Made by a program: the position numbers and the translations under genes
DNA from: the human T2T-CHM13v2.0 reference genome, Homo sapiens
DNA length: 64,000 nt
Assembly: GCF_009914755.1 (NCBI RefSeq)
Contig: NC_060937.1
Direction: 5' to 3' (one strand)
The notes under the pieces: model-generated
The model's database searches: none
What the model was told of the DNA's origin: nothing
Seen by the model: the letters and a program-made list of their open reading frames with translations, nothing else
In this document: in pieces, positions 39,351-54,012 of the stretch
Numbering within the stretch: position 1 is the stretch's first letter
How the letters are laid out: each line of letters starts with the position of its first letter

Positions 39351-41705
39351 TATATTTAGAATTTATTTTTAAATGTAATTAGATTCTTTTACAATAGTAT
39401 GCAGTCATTTCCAGAGTAAGCATAAAGTATAGTAAGATAAAATATAATAAGGGTAACTATTCATTTAAATTTAGAAGCTAAATATGTTTACAAAAATTGG
39501 GCAAAGTATTAAACTTTGTATGATAGAAAAGAAAAAGAAAAAATAAAAATAAAAACAAAAATAAACCTTGTATAGGCACAAATATTTCATGATGCAAAAT
39601 TATCAAAAACATCACCTGTTATTAGACTAAAGCAATCTCTAGTACTTTTGTTAAATGTGATGTAGCACACTTTAGTTACTACATCTAGTTTAATGTACAG
39701 CCACTTTTTGTTCTATTCTCCCTTCCATAACCAAAAATGAATGTACAATAAGGCCACTTGCAGGGCCACCTCTCTCATATAGTATCTTTTATACGTGCCT
39801 TCCAATAATGCAAACTATAATGAAGGTATATAAAGTCTACGATTGTCTGGCAAGGTTAAGACAAAAAACAGGAGTGATGTAAGCAAGAGGCAATTATAAG
39901 GTGTTTTATGGAAAAAATACATTTTAACTGTATTCCTAATTAGGTACTATCCCAGAGGAAGAATAAGATAATATACATTTAGATCATTTTTCTTAGAGAA
40001 ATATAAATCAATAAATAATGTTGGTATATCTATAACTTAAATATTTAAAGTTTTTTGAGTAATTGCAAAGAGAGCTGGTTTTGTGCACCATATGTCCTCA
40101 AAAGTATTTTGTGACAATTTGCACTTCCAAAGGAACTTTTAAAATATATAATTGTATATTCAGGAAAGAACTATTGTTTTATTCTACTTACAAAATAATC
40201 CATTCTGAAACCGAGAGGTTAATCTAACCCAATTCTCATTGATTTGGAATATAAAAGTTACTATTTTGTCACAGTTAATAAATATTTAATACGTATGACC
40301 TGTTCCTTTTCCTAACTTGAGGTATTTAGATTTTATAATTAAGGAGGATGCAATGAAAGTAAAAATCAGACTCTATATACTTTCTTGGAAATCTTTATTT
40401 CCTGTTTTCATGCCCTTCTTCCTCCCAACCCTCAGAATTATAGATAAATACATAACAGGTGAAGTAAGAAATGTCTGTGTTGATATCTGATGGGTTTGTC
40501 CATAAATTTAAAAATTACAGATATAATTTGTTAAGTGACAGACATGTAGATATTGATCATTTTTGCAGAAAATGTAAAGAGCTGTTTTTATACTACAATA
40601 TTTTGATAAATGGCTAAGTCACTTCCAGTCTAAATGTTCATTTGTACTTGCCACTTAGACATATTAATTTTGTGTCAGGGAGGTGTATGGTCACATAAAA
40701 TAAATCATATGTAAGACCATCATATTCTTTCTTGTGGAAATTCATAATCATTAGGAAGGGATAATTAAGGAATGAATATTTCCCAGACTGTATTCTATAT
40801 TTGGGAATTTCTATTTTTATTTTTAAAATGTATAAATAAACAGTTTAGCTAAATTTAATTGGTCATCTAATTGAAAGCAAAACTAATAATAAATATAAAT
40901 ACACATATTTATACTTTATAAAATTTCATTTTATTACTGTCAATGAGACATTCATATTAATTTGTGAAATATCTTTCATAAATTGTTATCTAGAAATATA
41001 GATGCATGATGTTACTAACAACAGATCAAAATCCTTTAAGTAACTCTTCTGGTGAATGCATATCAAGAAAAATCAAGTTCTGAAAACCAATAAAATGATT
41101 TATATGCCCATGCAGCCATTTGTTATGTACTGGAAAATTAATGAACTGAAATACATAGTCATATAGCATGTTATATTTTAAAGAATACTAAGTGTAAAAG
41201 AAATTGTAATAGATTAAATGAATGACAGATTTTTTTATTCAAAAGGAGATTCTCTGACAATAAAGAAGTGATATTCCCAAAGACAGGTGATTTGCTATAA
41301 AATTATTTTCTTCAAGGTAACAGAGTTTATTCATGGCTATACATCCTTATGAGAGATATTTATATAAAGGCAAATCTTAGGTTTTTGATTTTTTATGTTA
41401 AATAGTATTATCTGATAGACTAGATATTTTGCATAGTCATAGATAGTTATCTAACAATAAACAAGCATTATGGCTAAAAAATATGTATTCATCTATATAA
41501 ATGTCTATGCATCTATCAATCAATCAGTCAATCATCTACATATCTTGTCCATTTTCTATACATCTGTTTGTCAACCTATATTATTTGGTAAAAAATGAGA
41601 CAAAGCTAAGGCAAAATATGATGACAATAGCTTTCCCAACATATTCTTGTTAATTGTATCATATGTTTATTTTATTAATTAAACATAACAATACATTCTT
41701 TTAAA

Positions 41706-43300
41706 ATTGATTTTTATTTATTTATTTATTATTTCCATAGTTTTTTGGGGGAACAGGTGTGTTTGGTTCCGTGAGTAACTTCTGAAGTGATTTGTGAGAT
41801 TTTGGTGCACCCATCACTCGAGCAGTAAATACGGTACCCAATTTGTAGTCTTTTATCTCTCACCCCCCTTCCACCTTTTCCCCAAGTTTCTAAAGTCCAT
41901 TATATCATTCTTATGCTTTTGCATCCAAATAGCTTAGGTCCCACTTATGAGTGAGAACAGACGATGTTTGGTTTTCCATTCCTGAGTTACTTCATTTAGA
42001 ATAACGGTCTCCAATTCCATCCAGGTTGCTGCGAATGCCATTATTTTGTTTCTTTTTATGGCTGAATAGTATTTCATGGTGTGTGTGTGTGTCTGTGTGT
42101 GTGTGTATATATATAAAACATAGCATTCCATGGAATACATATATATCACATATATATTATATTATATATGTATGTGTGTGTGTGTGTATATCACAATTTT
42201 TTATCCACTCATTGATTGATAGGCATTTGGGCTGGTTCCATATTTTTGCAATTGCTTTGTAAGTACTTGCATGTTCATGTATCTTTTTCGTATAATGACT
42301 TCTTTTCTTCTGGGTAGATGTCCAGTTGTGGGATTGCTGAATCAAATGGTAGTTCTACTTTTATTTATTTAAGGAGTATCCACAATCTTTTCCATACTCA
42401 TTGTACTCTTACATTCCCACCAGTGGTGTAAAAGTGTTCCCTTTTTACTGCATTCCCAGCAACATCTATTATTTTTTGACTTTTTGATTATGGCCATTCT
42501 TGTCAGAGTAAAGTGCTATCACATTGTGGTTTTGATTTGCATTTCCCTCATCATTAGTGATGTTGAGCATTTTTTATGTTTGTTGGTCATTTGTATATCT
42601 TCTTTTGAGAATTGTCTTTACATGTCCTTAACCCGTTTTCTGATGGGATTGCATGTTTTTTTTTTTCTTGCTTGAATTCTTTGTAGATTCTGGATATTAG
42701 TCCTTTGTTAGATGTATAGATTGTGAAGATTTTCTCCCATTCTGTTGGTTGTCTGTTTACTCTGCTGATTGATTGTTTCTTATGCTGTGAGGAAACCTTT
42801 TAGTTTAATTAAATCCCACCTGTCTATCATTTTTTTTGTTGCATTTGCTTTTGGGTTCTTGGTCATGAAGTCTTTGCCTAAGCCAATGTCTAGAATGTTT
42901 TTTCTGATGTTGTCTTCTAGAATTTTATGATTCCAGGTCTTAGATTGAAGTCCTTGATCCATCTTAAGTTGATTTTTGTATAAGGTGAGAGATGAGGATC
43001 CAGTTTTATTCTTCTGCATGTGGCTTGACCATTATCCCAGTGCTATTTGTTGAATAGGGTGTCCTTTCCATACTTTATGTTTTTGTTTGCTTTGTCAAAG
43101 ATCAGTTGGCTTTAAGTATTTAACTTTACTTCTGGGTTTTCTATTCTGTTCCATTGGTCGATGTACTTGTTTTTATATCAGTCCATGCTGTTTTGGTGAC
43201 TATGGCCTCGTAGTATAGTTTGAAGTCAGGTAATGTGATGCCTCCAGATTTGCTATTTTTGCTTAGTCTTGCTTTGGCTATGTAGGCTCTATTTTTGGCA
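41706..43300 (-). mobile_element. L1PB1-like 5'-truncated LINE-1 with internal (TG)n/(TA)n tract at ~42079-42190
   Basis: 'ttttgggggaacaggtg...gatttgtgagattttggtgcacccatcac' 3' UTR. ORF fragments MAFAATWMELETVILNEVTQEWKTK and [12 protein letters not shown]. Confidence 0.9.
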
Positions 43301-46139
43301 CTCATTAGATGTCTAACTTTTGTTCTCATATACTACTAAACATTTATTTCTTTACAGAAAATATTTACTTTCTATAAAAGGAGAGAAATCATGGAGACAC
43401 AGAAACACAATATAGTCACAAATAAAATGTTATAGGCAATATTTACAGATAACACATACTAGAGACATTATGAAAAGGAAAGAATAATTTTATTCAAGAA
43501 TCTGTTCACAGACTTGTGATTCAATAGAGATTGAAGAAAAGGATCAATGTGATACTGAGAAAAATGTCAACAGGAAGCAATTGCTGGTTTTGGATAACTG
43601 GAGAAAAGTGTAGATATATTTAACATCAAATAATGACTGAAGAAATATAACCAGGGTTGCTTGACTAAAGTGGAGGACTCATGTAATTTGAATTCAAAAA
43701 TTAATCTGTAAAATGCAAATGCAAGGTAATATAAAGTGTAAATGTAAATGAAGCCCCAATTAGTTAGAGCTATGAGGAACATGGTGAAAACTGGGCCTTA
43801 TGCCAAGGCAAAGAATGTTTTCATCAGCCACAGTATATTTATAAACATATTACAGTAAAAATATATTGGATTTGTGGAAGAGGAGAGAGATGAAAAAAAT
43901 TGCGAGACAGGAAAAGCACTTATGTGGGTGAGAAAATAAGCTAGATGTCAGTCTGATGTTCTGAGGCAGTCACAATAGAAATGCAAAAGAAAGCGTAGAT
44001 CAAACAAACCAATGATCTGAATAGAAAAACCTGTGTATTTAAAGACTGTGAAATCCTAAAATATTATTACAGATGATTGGCATCATTAAGAGAAATAAGA
44101 TACCCCAAAATGGGAAATGTTCTGGAGGTTAAAATTTTGTTTATAGACATGGAAAATGTCAAATAATGTAAGTAGGGATAGTAGGGAAGTGTAGGGATAA
44201 AACTCAGAAGAAAACTAACAGTGTTAATAGAGATATAGAAACTTTTGGAAATAATATTTATTTGTAGTTAACGGATGTAAGACATTTTTCAGAAATCAGT
44301 TACACTTTTCAAAATTGTATGCTGGTCTCTAATTCTACATAGGAATGGTGTTTCTAAATATATTTATCTCTGAAGAATCAAGAACTTTTAATACCCTTAA
44401 ATAATATGTGAATAATAAGTAGATGCGCCACTACAGTTTTTTATACAAAAATTCTACATAAAATTTAAAAATATATGATGTAACTATTCCATGAAAGATA
44501 GTTTTGGTATTAGAAAAATTATCCAGAAGAATCTCCTGCTTATTCTCCTGTGTAATTCTTTTTGGATATAGCCTCATTCTACCTTAGAAAAAAAGCACAA
44601 ACATTGACAACAAAACAAAAGTGATCAGCAAAAGAGAATGGTGCCAGTAGTAAGTAAATTATTTAAAGCAACAATGGTAAGCTATTTTTTTAAACATCAT
44701 GGTTGAGTATGTCCTTTCTTTCCTAATGTCTCTTCACAGCTGAACATGTTTACATGTTTAATCATGTAATATATTTTAATTATCTTCTTTTTTATGTGTC
44801 CACTTAAATTAGAAAGTTATTCTTGAACCATAATTAACCTGAGTAATTAATGAGGTCAAAACAAAAATAACATCCATATTTATTTAGAGTGCTCACAAGC
44901 AGGCAGCCAGAATGTTTTAAATCTAAAAGAGGAGAATAGGAAATGGGCTTTTATAAGAACTGCATAATGCTCCACAAAATAGTTCCATGAGAAATTATTC
45001 TGAATTGCTGTAGAATAAGTTTAACACTGATTCAGGACCTTTGAATACTACTTAGGCACATATGCCAGTTTTGTTTCCCACCAACTCTTGTGTAGACCAA
45101 GAGGTCTTTGATAAATGTATTATGATTTTTATGAGCCTTTGCTTCCAAGATACATTATAATTTATGTTTTAACATGACAGGCTGAAAGTTGAATAAAGTA
45201 ATATTAAAATTTGTCTTTTACTTATTCTTTTTTTAAAGTTGTTAAGTTTTTTAAGTTCTATCAACTTTTTAAAAGAAGGTACTAGCACTAAATGGCACAT
45301 CAGTATGAAACAAATATGTAGGGCATAATAATTGATCAATTGATGTTAGTCCTTTTCATCTCTGTGTACTCTTTGGAAACTACTTTTATTACTTATATTT
45401 TTCAAATCAAATAACGGAATCTGGTTGGGGTACAATCATTTTCTAAGTTTTAATTTTCTTTAATCCTATAAATAAATTACCTATAAATAAATTTTTGTGA
45501 GAAAGATTATCTCACAAACAAACATTAGGGAAATATTATGGAGTTTACAGAAAAGGAAAAATGGGTATATTCCTCAAACTATTCTCATGTTACTCAAATT
45601 AATTCTGACGAAGAATCATTCTACCCACGACTTCTTTTGTGAGCTGTGTAAGCGATTAAAGTTTAGCAACTTCATTACCAAAGGACCTGTTTTTTTGAAC
45701 TATTACTTCTAGGAAAGGAAAACATATGCTTAACTCAAGCCCCGTACCAATTTTATTGTGGCAAACTTCCAAAATAATTACTTTCAATGGTGATTATAAC
45801 ATGTAAGCATGATGGCATGAGAAATTGAAAATGAACTTCACATCTACAATAATGTCTTGGGAAAGTAAAAGCTAGAGTGTTACATCAAAAGTGCTGTCAC
45901 TATAATCATTTTTAGAAGCTATCCTAACTGGAAATATTTATTTGTATATTGAAAGTTCAACACATATCAATTGATTTAAAATAGTGTTAAAAGCCTGTGC
46001 CTTTACATAAGCAGTTATTAAGATAGAAGTGACAGTATACAGATGGTGTATTCAGGAGCTGAACTATATCCAGTATATACCCAAAGATCTGTTTGATAAA
46101 TAAATCATTTTGTGTATATCCCATAAAATGAGTGATAAG

Positions 46140-46250
46140 AGTGAATAACATGACCAGTCTTTGACCGAGCTTCCAAGCTTCATTTATACAAATTGGATTA
46201 TTAACATTGAACCCCCATAGGGGGTTTCACAATTAAAACAATCATTGCAA
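46140..46250 (+). mobile_element. MIR relic
   Basis: 'tgaccagtctttgaccgagcttccaagcttcatttatacaaattggattattaaca...cccataggggg', resembling the MIR core. Confidence 0.45.
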
Positions 46251-47082
46251 GTAATTCCAAACTGAGGAAGAATTAAATGACCTCTTTTTTGCTAATAACA
46301 TTTTAAAAAATGTGTACTAGCACAGCTACTCTTAATGAGATCTCTATCAATTCTAAAGGAATAGAAAGTAAAGAAGCTAATTATAAAAGCAAGAAAATGA
46401 CCTTTGCCCCAACACCTCCACCTCATGCTTTACCATTATCAGTAATTACTGCTTCTGAAAAATAATAAAATTAAGTTTTTTATAACACATCTACTTATGG
46501 TACATAAGACTACTAACCATTAAACATGTTACAATGCTATAACAAATCTGACATTTTTGTTATTCTTGGAAACAGTGGTCACTGTTACAGGAAAAATTCT
46601 GATTTTTATACTAAAATTTAGTCAAAGAACCTACTGAAATTGTGACTATAACAAAAACACACATACATTAACGAAGTGTACAGTTAAAGGTGACTATATT
46701 AAGACAAATCCCTATAATATTGCATAATGTATCCATCCTAGAATAAATTCAAATTAAATACATTTCAAAAATAAACATAAGCTAGATTCAGACATCAAAA
46801 TAAAGTAAATTAATCCATTTTTAAGGAACATTTATTTTGTAGATTATCTAAAAATACTTCAAACATCAAATCAATGATAAATTTGTATTGAATACGTATT
46901 TTATGTTATGTTGGATACTAGGCAATTCATGAGAGAAAAATTAATTAAAAAACACCTGATATTTATAAAGTCTTGAGAGTACCAAGGAGACAGGCCAAAA
47001 AATATGCCTTTAAAAAACGTGGTAAATGCTTTGGTATGGGAAGAGGAAAGTGTTATGGGAATGTATATGAAAGACATAATCA

Positions 47083-47424
<342 letters not shown>

Positions 47425-48399
47425 TTAGCTGATAATTGAACAATACATACAATGAGGAAGGAAATCCAATATTTACAAATGCATGGAATGACAGATTACA
47501 TGGAATATCTGGATATCTAAGAGTTTTGTATGGTAGTTGGAGAAGATGAAGATTAAAGAATAAGAAATGAGTTACAGAAAGCCTTGAACAAGAAAGTCAT
47601 TGCAAACCAATTGCTGAATTTCCTCAAGGAAAGTCTTGCAGAAATGTTACATAATTAAATCCACTCAATTGTTTTTGCAAAGCATAGTATAAATGAAAAA
47701 AAAAGATGAAGTCAGTAAGACAGTCGTTTATAAGATTTATTTTGACATGATAGTGTTGAAGACTATAACAATGACAGAGGATAGTGAAGTAAATAGATTA
47801 ACTGAAAAAATGTTGTTATATAGATTGGTGACTACTGAGAAATGAGTGGTATAGGAGAAAGAAAACTGAAGTATAACTCTCAACTCTCAGATTGGGACAA
47901 CTGATGTTTCAATATGAAGCAAGAAAATCAAGGAGGAAGAAGTATTTTATTAGTTATGAATTAATGCAAATTCATTGTAATATTACTTTAATTATCATTT
48001 TGGCTATATCTAAAAAGAAGAATATATAGGTAAATAATTAGTACATGTTGCGTGACTCCATTTTTGTCTCTTAAAATAAATTTTAAGCCTTTCTATGACA
48101 CTAAATCTTATTGTAGCTTGATTCCAGAATTTCTAGATTCCAGGATTCATCCATGCACAGTGATCATAGCTGAATGAACAATTATATAATATCCAATTGA
48201 CTAGTGATCCCATAAATATGTCTATATAGATGAAATGGAAGATTATTGGTGTTTATGTGACTATTTGCTTTGTAATGCTGCTTTAGAAGAGAAATTGAAG
48301 ATATAAATCTGTGTTTTAAAAAAAATCACATAGGAAGTGTACAAAACGTTCACTAAAGTAATAGAAAAGAGATGTAAATGGTATCTTCCCACACATCTT

Positions 48400-49210
48400 A
48401 CCATTACATCAACAGGACTCCAATATAAGAACAGTGGATTACAGCTGAAAGATTGGCAAGAGACACTCTAGGGAGGAGAAAAATAAACTAGAATACTGGA
48501 AGAACGTGAAGCCTCTAGTAACTATAGCTACAGCAAAGATTAATCATAGCCCATCTGGTAGCCACATTAACATAAAACCGTACACTAAAATTCTCATTAC
48601 CTGATACAACATGTTCAGAAAAAAAAATACAAGGTATGCTAAAAGCCAAAAAAAAAAAAAGACAAAGAGCCTAAGCATAAGAAATCAGATCTCAAATATG
48701 ATACAGATTTTAAAATTAGGCAAGAGGACATTTAACATAACCTTGATGCATACTTTAAGAGCTCTAACAGCAAAAACATAACATTCAAGAGAAGATGGGT
48801 AATGTAAGCAGAGACATGAACACTAAAAGAAAAATATATATCAGAAGCAATAAATAATTTGTAGCATAAATTATATTTTTACTGTCTCGTGAGTAGACTG
48901 GACACAACTGAGAAAATAATTAATCAGCTTGAAGGTATGTCAAGAGAAATTTTTCAAACTGAAGTTGAAAAAGAAAAAAGAATGAAATTAAAACAAAACT
49001 TCAAAATAGCCCATATGTACCATGGGGCACTTTCAAAAGATGTAATATGCGTGTAATTGGCATACCAGAAGGAAATATAAAGGAAAAGATAAAGAAGAAA
49101 TATTTGAAGTAGCAGTTACTGAGACCTTTCTAAAATTAATGACAAACATCAAAGCACCAACACAGAAAGCTCAGAGAACACCAAGCAGTATAAGTAACAA
49201 CAACAAATAG
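48400..49210 (+). mobile_element. Old L1M 5'/ORF1 remnant
   Basis: 'agatgggtaatgtaagcagagacatg', 'agtagactggacacaactgagaaaa', 'gtaattggcataccagaagga', 'agaaagctcagagaacaccaagcag'. Confidence 0.75.
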
Positions 49211-49964
49211 AAAACGGGCTTGTATTTACAGGAAAAAAATGTGTTAACGGGTTAATGAAATTGGTTGACTTCTTTCAGAGAAACATAGAGGTAAATCTAA
49301 AGCAAAATAAACATGTAAATATGCATCACCTACCTTTGTTGATAATAAAAAGAGTTGCTTAAAATGGTGTGGCTTTACCTTCAATGTTTCAAGAAAGAAA
49401 TTGTGAGCAGGAAAATGTCTGCTAAATATTATTTTAGCTTTATTTCCTGAAATTGTCACAATGTGTTTATTTCACTGTTTCATCCTTGATTAAACATTTA
49501 TTTAGGCACATTCTTAATTAAAATAGGATTCAAAAGGCCATGAAAATCATTGAACCATTAAAATTTCATCAAAGGTAAAGGATAATCACTATAATTGATT
49601 TGAGTTTTATTTCAAATACTATAGATTGCTTATGAGAATAGAGAACTTTGTCAGTATGCTTTACTTAAATCATCATATGTTGATAATCAAATGAGTCACA
49701 TGTAAGCATTTGAAAATTCCGTTGACTTTTATTTCTCAAAATTCCTTATGGAGTAATAATTTAATATATACTAGGTTTATATAAACACTGAATGGTTTAT
49801 GTATTTCTACTGAATGAATTTTTGCTTTCACTTATATCACTGTATAATTTTCCAAATTGAGATATAAGTTACAAATTTAAATAACATGTTTCTATGTCAT
49901 ATGCCGTTTTGTGTGTGTTTGTGTGTGTCAACCAGCCTTTTTGTTTTAACTTTTTTCTTTTTTC

Positions 49965-50615
49965 AACTGTTACTTTTTTAAATTGACAGATAAAATTGTA
50001 TATATGTATTGTGTCCAGCATGATGTTTTGAAATACCTATGCATTGTGGAATTAATAATCTAGCTAATTAAAATATGCATTATCTCACATAGTTGTCACT
50101 TTTGTGGTGAGAACACTTAAAATCTACTCTTCTTAGCCTTTTTCAAGAATACAACATATTGTTTTTAACTACAGTCACAATGTTATAAAGTAGATTTCTT
50201 GAACCAGTTTCTCCTATCAAATTATAATTTCATAACCTTTGATCAGCATCTCCTTAACCCACTGGCTCACTACTGCCTCAGCCACTGGTAACCACTATTC
50301 TACTCTGTATCTCAGTGAGATCAACTTCAGGTTCCAAAAATGAGTGACATCACTCAATATTTTTCTTTCTATGCCTGGCTTATTTCACTTAATAAAAATG
50401 TCCTCCAAGTTATTATCTGTTGTTGCAAATAACAGGATTTCCTTATTTTATAAGGCTGAATAGTATTCCGTTGTGTATATATACACTACATTCTTTATTC
50501 ATTTGTCAATGGACACTTGAGTTGATTCTGTATCCTTGCTGTTCTGAATAAGGCTGCAGTAAACATGGGAACACAGGTATCTCTGACATACTGGTGTCAA
50601 TTACTTTGGGCATAT
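49965..50615 (-). mobile_element. L1MA-type 3'-end fragment
   Basis: 'aaattgacagataaaattgtatata...tgtggtgagaacacttaaaatctactct...gcctggcttatttcacttaa'. Confidence 0.85.
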
Positions 50616-51771
50616 TCGATGTCATATGTTAAGAGTAGATATTATAGTACTCTATATTATACAAGTGACTTTTCAGAATCTATCTTAATGATTTTATGAA
50701 TTTCTTGTATTATTAATATTTTGGATTTTAGCATTTTATCTTAAATAAAATGGTTGCTATTTGGTATAGCATTTTGATATATTACCCTATTGTATTTATT
50801 CTTGTATTAGAGTCACAAATTCATTTGCATTATATCTTAGATATGCTAGGAAAAATAATTTATTTTGTTCACAATTTTTCTTGTTTCCACCTGAACTTCC
50901 ATCCATTTTTCCAGCCACTGAAAAACGTGGAAAAATGCATACATTTTTCTTTATAAAGTAAATATATTAGCTTTATTAAAGTAAATAATCTAGATATGTT
51001 TATTTGATTAAATGATTGTTCACTTTTGTGGGGAGAGTTCTGTAAAGCTGTGTCCTATGCACAGTAACATATTTCTGAAGCTATCATCAATTAGCTGGTG
51101 GTGGATTAAGCCACTCTTGGTCAACAAGGCCAGAATTTGGATAGCAGAGCTAGACAGTGAAGGAAGTGAGGAAGAGCAAGAACAAGCCGGATTCTTTGGG
51201 AATCTATGTGTCTATCTATCATCATGTTTCATGGGGCAGACTTTCAAACAGCAATGGGGATGCCTTCACTCCCATCTTAAAAATTCCATACATGTTCTTC
51301 TTTTGGTCACTTTCAAGCAAGAACTATATAAAGAAGAGGATTCTGCAAAATGCAGCTCCTACCTTAACAAAGTTGACACAATGCAATTCAATAAACACCA
51401 TCTGCTCATTGTAAGATTTGCATGAATACACACCCTTTTAAATCGTATTTAACTTCTAAATAAAGACATTGAAAAAAATCACAATTCTTCCTTATATGAT
51501 ATAAATATCCTACATTAAATCAAAAACATGTGAACGTTGTCTTTGAAAAAGGGTACATAAAATCCCTTCGTTCATGTTATCCAATTTGGGGTGATGTTCA
51601 TTGCTCTTATAGCTGAATCCCACTTTGTTTATTGTCTCAGTGGAAAAAAAACATTGAGATGACTGGGAAGGAAGCTGACAGACTTTTGCAGAAAAGGCTG
51701 TATTTTTACCTGATTATTAAGACACTTTTCTGTGGAAGTTGCTTTTTAGTTTTTACTGAGATAAGTCATAC

Positions 51772-52123
51772 TGATATGGTTTGGCTGTGTCTCCACCCAA
51801 ATCTCCTCTTGAATTGTAATAACACCCACATGTCAAGGGTGGGGCCAGGGGAGATAATTGAATAATGAGGGCAGTTTCCCACATACTGTTGTCATGGTAG
51901 TGAATAAGTCTCATGAGAATTGATGGTTATATAAATGGAATTCCCCTACACAGTCTCTCTTGCCTGCCACCATGTAAGACATGCTTTTGATCCTCATTCA
52001 CTTTCTGCCATGATTGTGACGCCTCCCCAGCCATGTGGAACTGAGTCACTTAAACCTCTTTCCTTTGTAAATTACGCAGTCTCAAGTATATCTTTATTAG
52101 CAGTATGAGGACAGACTAATACA
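51772..52123 (+). mobile_element. THE1-family MaLR solo LTR
   Basis: TGATATGGTTTGGCTGTGTCTCCACCCAAATCTC...CCCAGCCATGTGGAACTG...ACAGACTAATACA. Imperfect TSD CATAC/CATCT. Confidence 0.93.
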
Positions 52124-52674
52124 CATCTATATCTTCCCCATCTGTGAATTAAAGGAGGCCTATCCAAATACCTGTTCCCTGACCATCTTTTCACTAATTT
52201 CCCTATTGTGATTCCTGACCACCTTAGCCTCTGCCAATGAATTATAATGGTTATGTACTTCTGTCCCTTTAGCCTTCCAGAAAATAATTAAAAACCAGGT
52301 TCACTGTTGGCATCCTGTGTAATGGGGAGATGACCCAATTTTGGCAGCTGGACGTGGTTGGTTCCTCAGATTTTCATGCACACTCACACTAGTGCTTCAA
52401 AAGTATTAACAAGTGGGTATGTCACTGGACTTCTAACTTCCCTGTCTGAATCTTTATTTCCTTAGCCTCCCATATCTATATCAGATCTAATTTCTATTAA
52501 AATAATTCTTACCCCTTAATATTCAGTGTCTTTCTTTCCTTGAGGGAAATCAAACCAATAAAATAAATTACTGCCTATTTTATAGGAATACGTACCCATT
52601 AATTCTGTTTTTAAAACAACTGCTCTCAATGATGATAAGATCCCAATATTACTGAATAATAGTTAATATTTTGT

Positions 52675-52800
52675 TTTCACTTTTACCTTAAGTTCAAGAG
52701 TAGTTGTGCAGGTTGGTTATATAGGTAAATTTCATGCCATGGAGGTTTGATGTACTGATTATTTCACCATTTAGGCAGAAAGTGTAGTACTCACAAGTAT
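52675..52800 (-). mobile_element. Short L1PA 3'-terminal fragment
   Basis: 'taagttcaagagtagttgtgcaggttggttatataggtaaa...ggtttgatgtactgattatttc'. Confidence 0.65.
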
Positions 52801-53648
52801 TATTTGCAATAAATGAACTTAATATACTGTTTTATACACATACACACATGTGCACACACATGCACACAAAGAAAAGACTTTGACATTGATATTGAATAAA
52901 AAAGTGTCCCATTATTTGAATAATAGTTTATATTTTATATGTATAAAATATTTACACCTAATGAATCTTTTTTAAATAAAATTATAGTACTTCTAGGAAG
53001 AACATTGGTAAAATGTTTACACATTAAATATAAGTATACATATTTTTATTTTATGATGTTTTAATTCATTTAGATACAAAGTCACAGTACTTGATCCCAT
53101 AACAAGACAGCATGGAGAATAAGAAGCATGGTTTCTAAATCAATATAGAGTTGGAAAAGCACCTGTCTTGTTTTAAAGTTGGAACTCAATTCTGGTTCCG
53201 CAAAATCTCTGCTTTTCACTCTTCTCCATGATTGGTGATCTAAGTCTTTTTAAAAAATGTATATTCTCATCCATTATTTGACTTGGTCAGCATGCTTATC
53301 AATAAACAACATTTGGTACCTTAATATTTTTAGTCATTTGTCAGAACTTATTAAGAAACTATGCACTGACAATTGTATTTCTGTTATAAATTTTAGGTAT
53401 CGAGACAATAGGTTTCTGGTTTAATAAAGTGCCTTTGCAAAGGAAGACACTGAATAATTGTCAAAAATCATTTTTATACATATTATACAGCTTATAGAAA
53501 TTCTAATATACCATCTGCATTAGCAGACAGGTAGCCTGCTTTGTACTTTTAATCAACTATCTATTGAGTATTTAATCTCTGTCTTATTTTGCTAATTTGT
53601 ATTTGTTTTTAGTTCTTTATGCATCAATCTATAGCTAATGTCAAATTA

Positions 53649-54012
<364 letters not shown>

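Noticed and set aside
51012-51425. 137-aa ORF with an acidic patch (ELDSEGSEEEQEQ)
   Set aside because: No recognisable family, exon structure or retrocopy hallmarks.
52140-52550. Possible ancient ERVL-type LTR relic (and a similar one at ~56190-56500)
   Set aside because: The resemblance is too weak to name or bound without a profile search.
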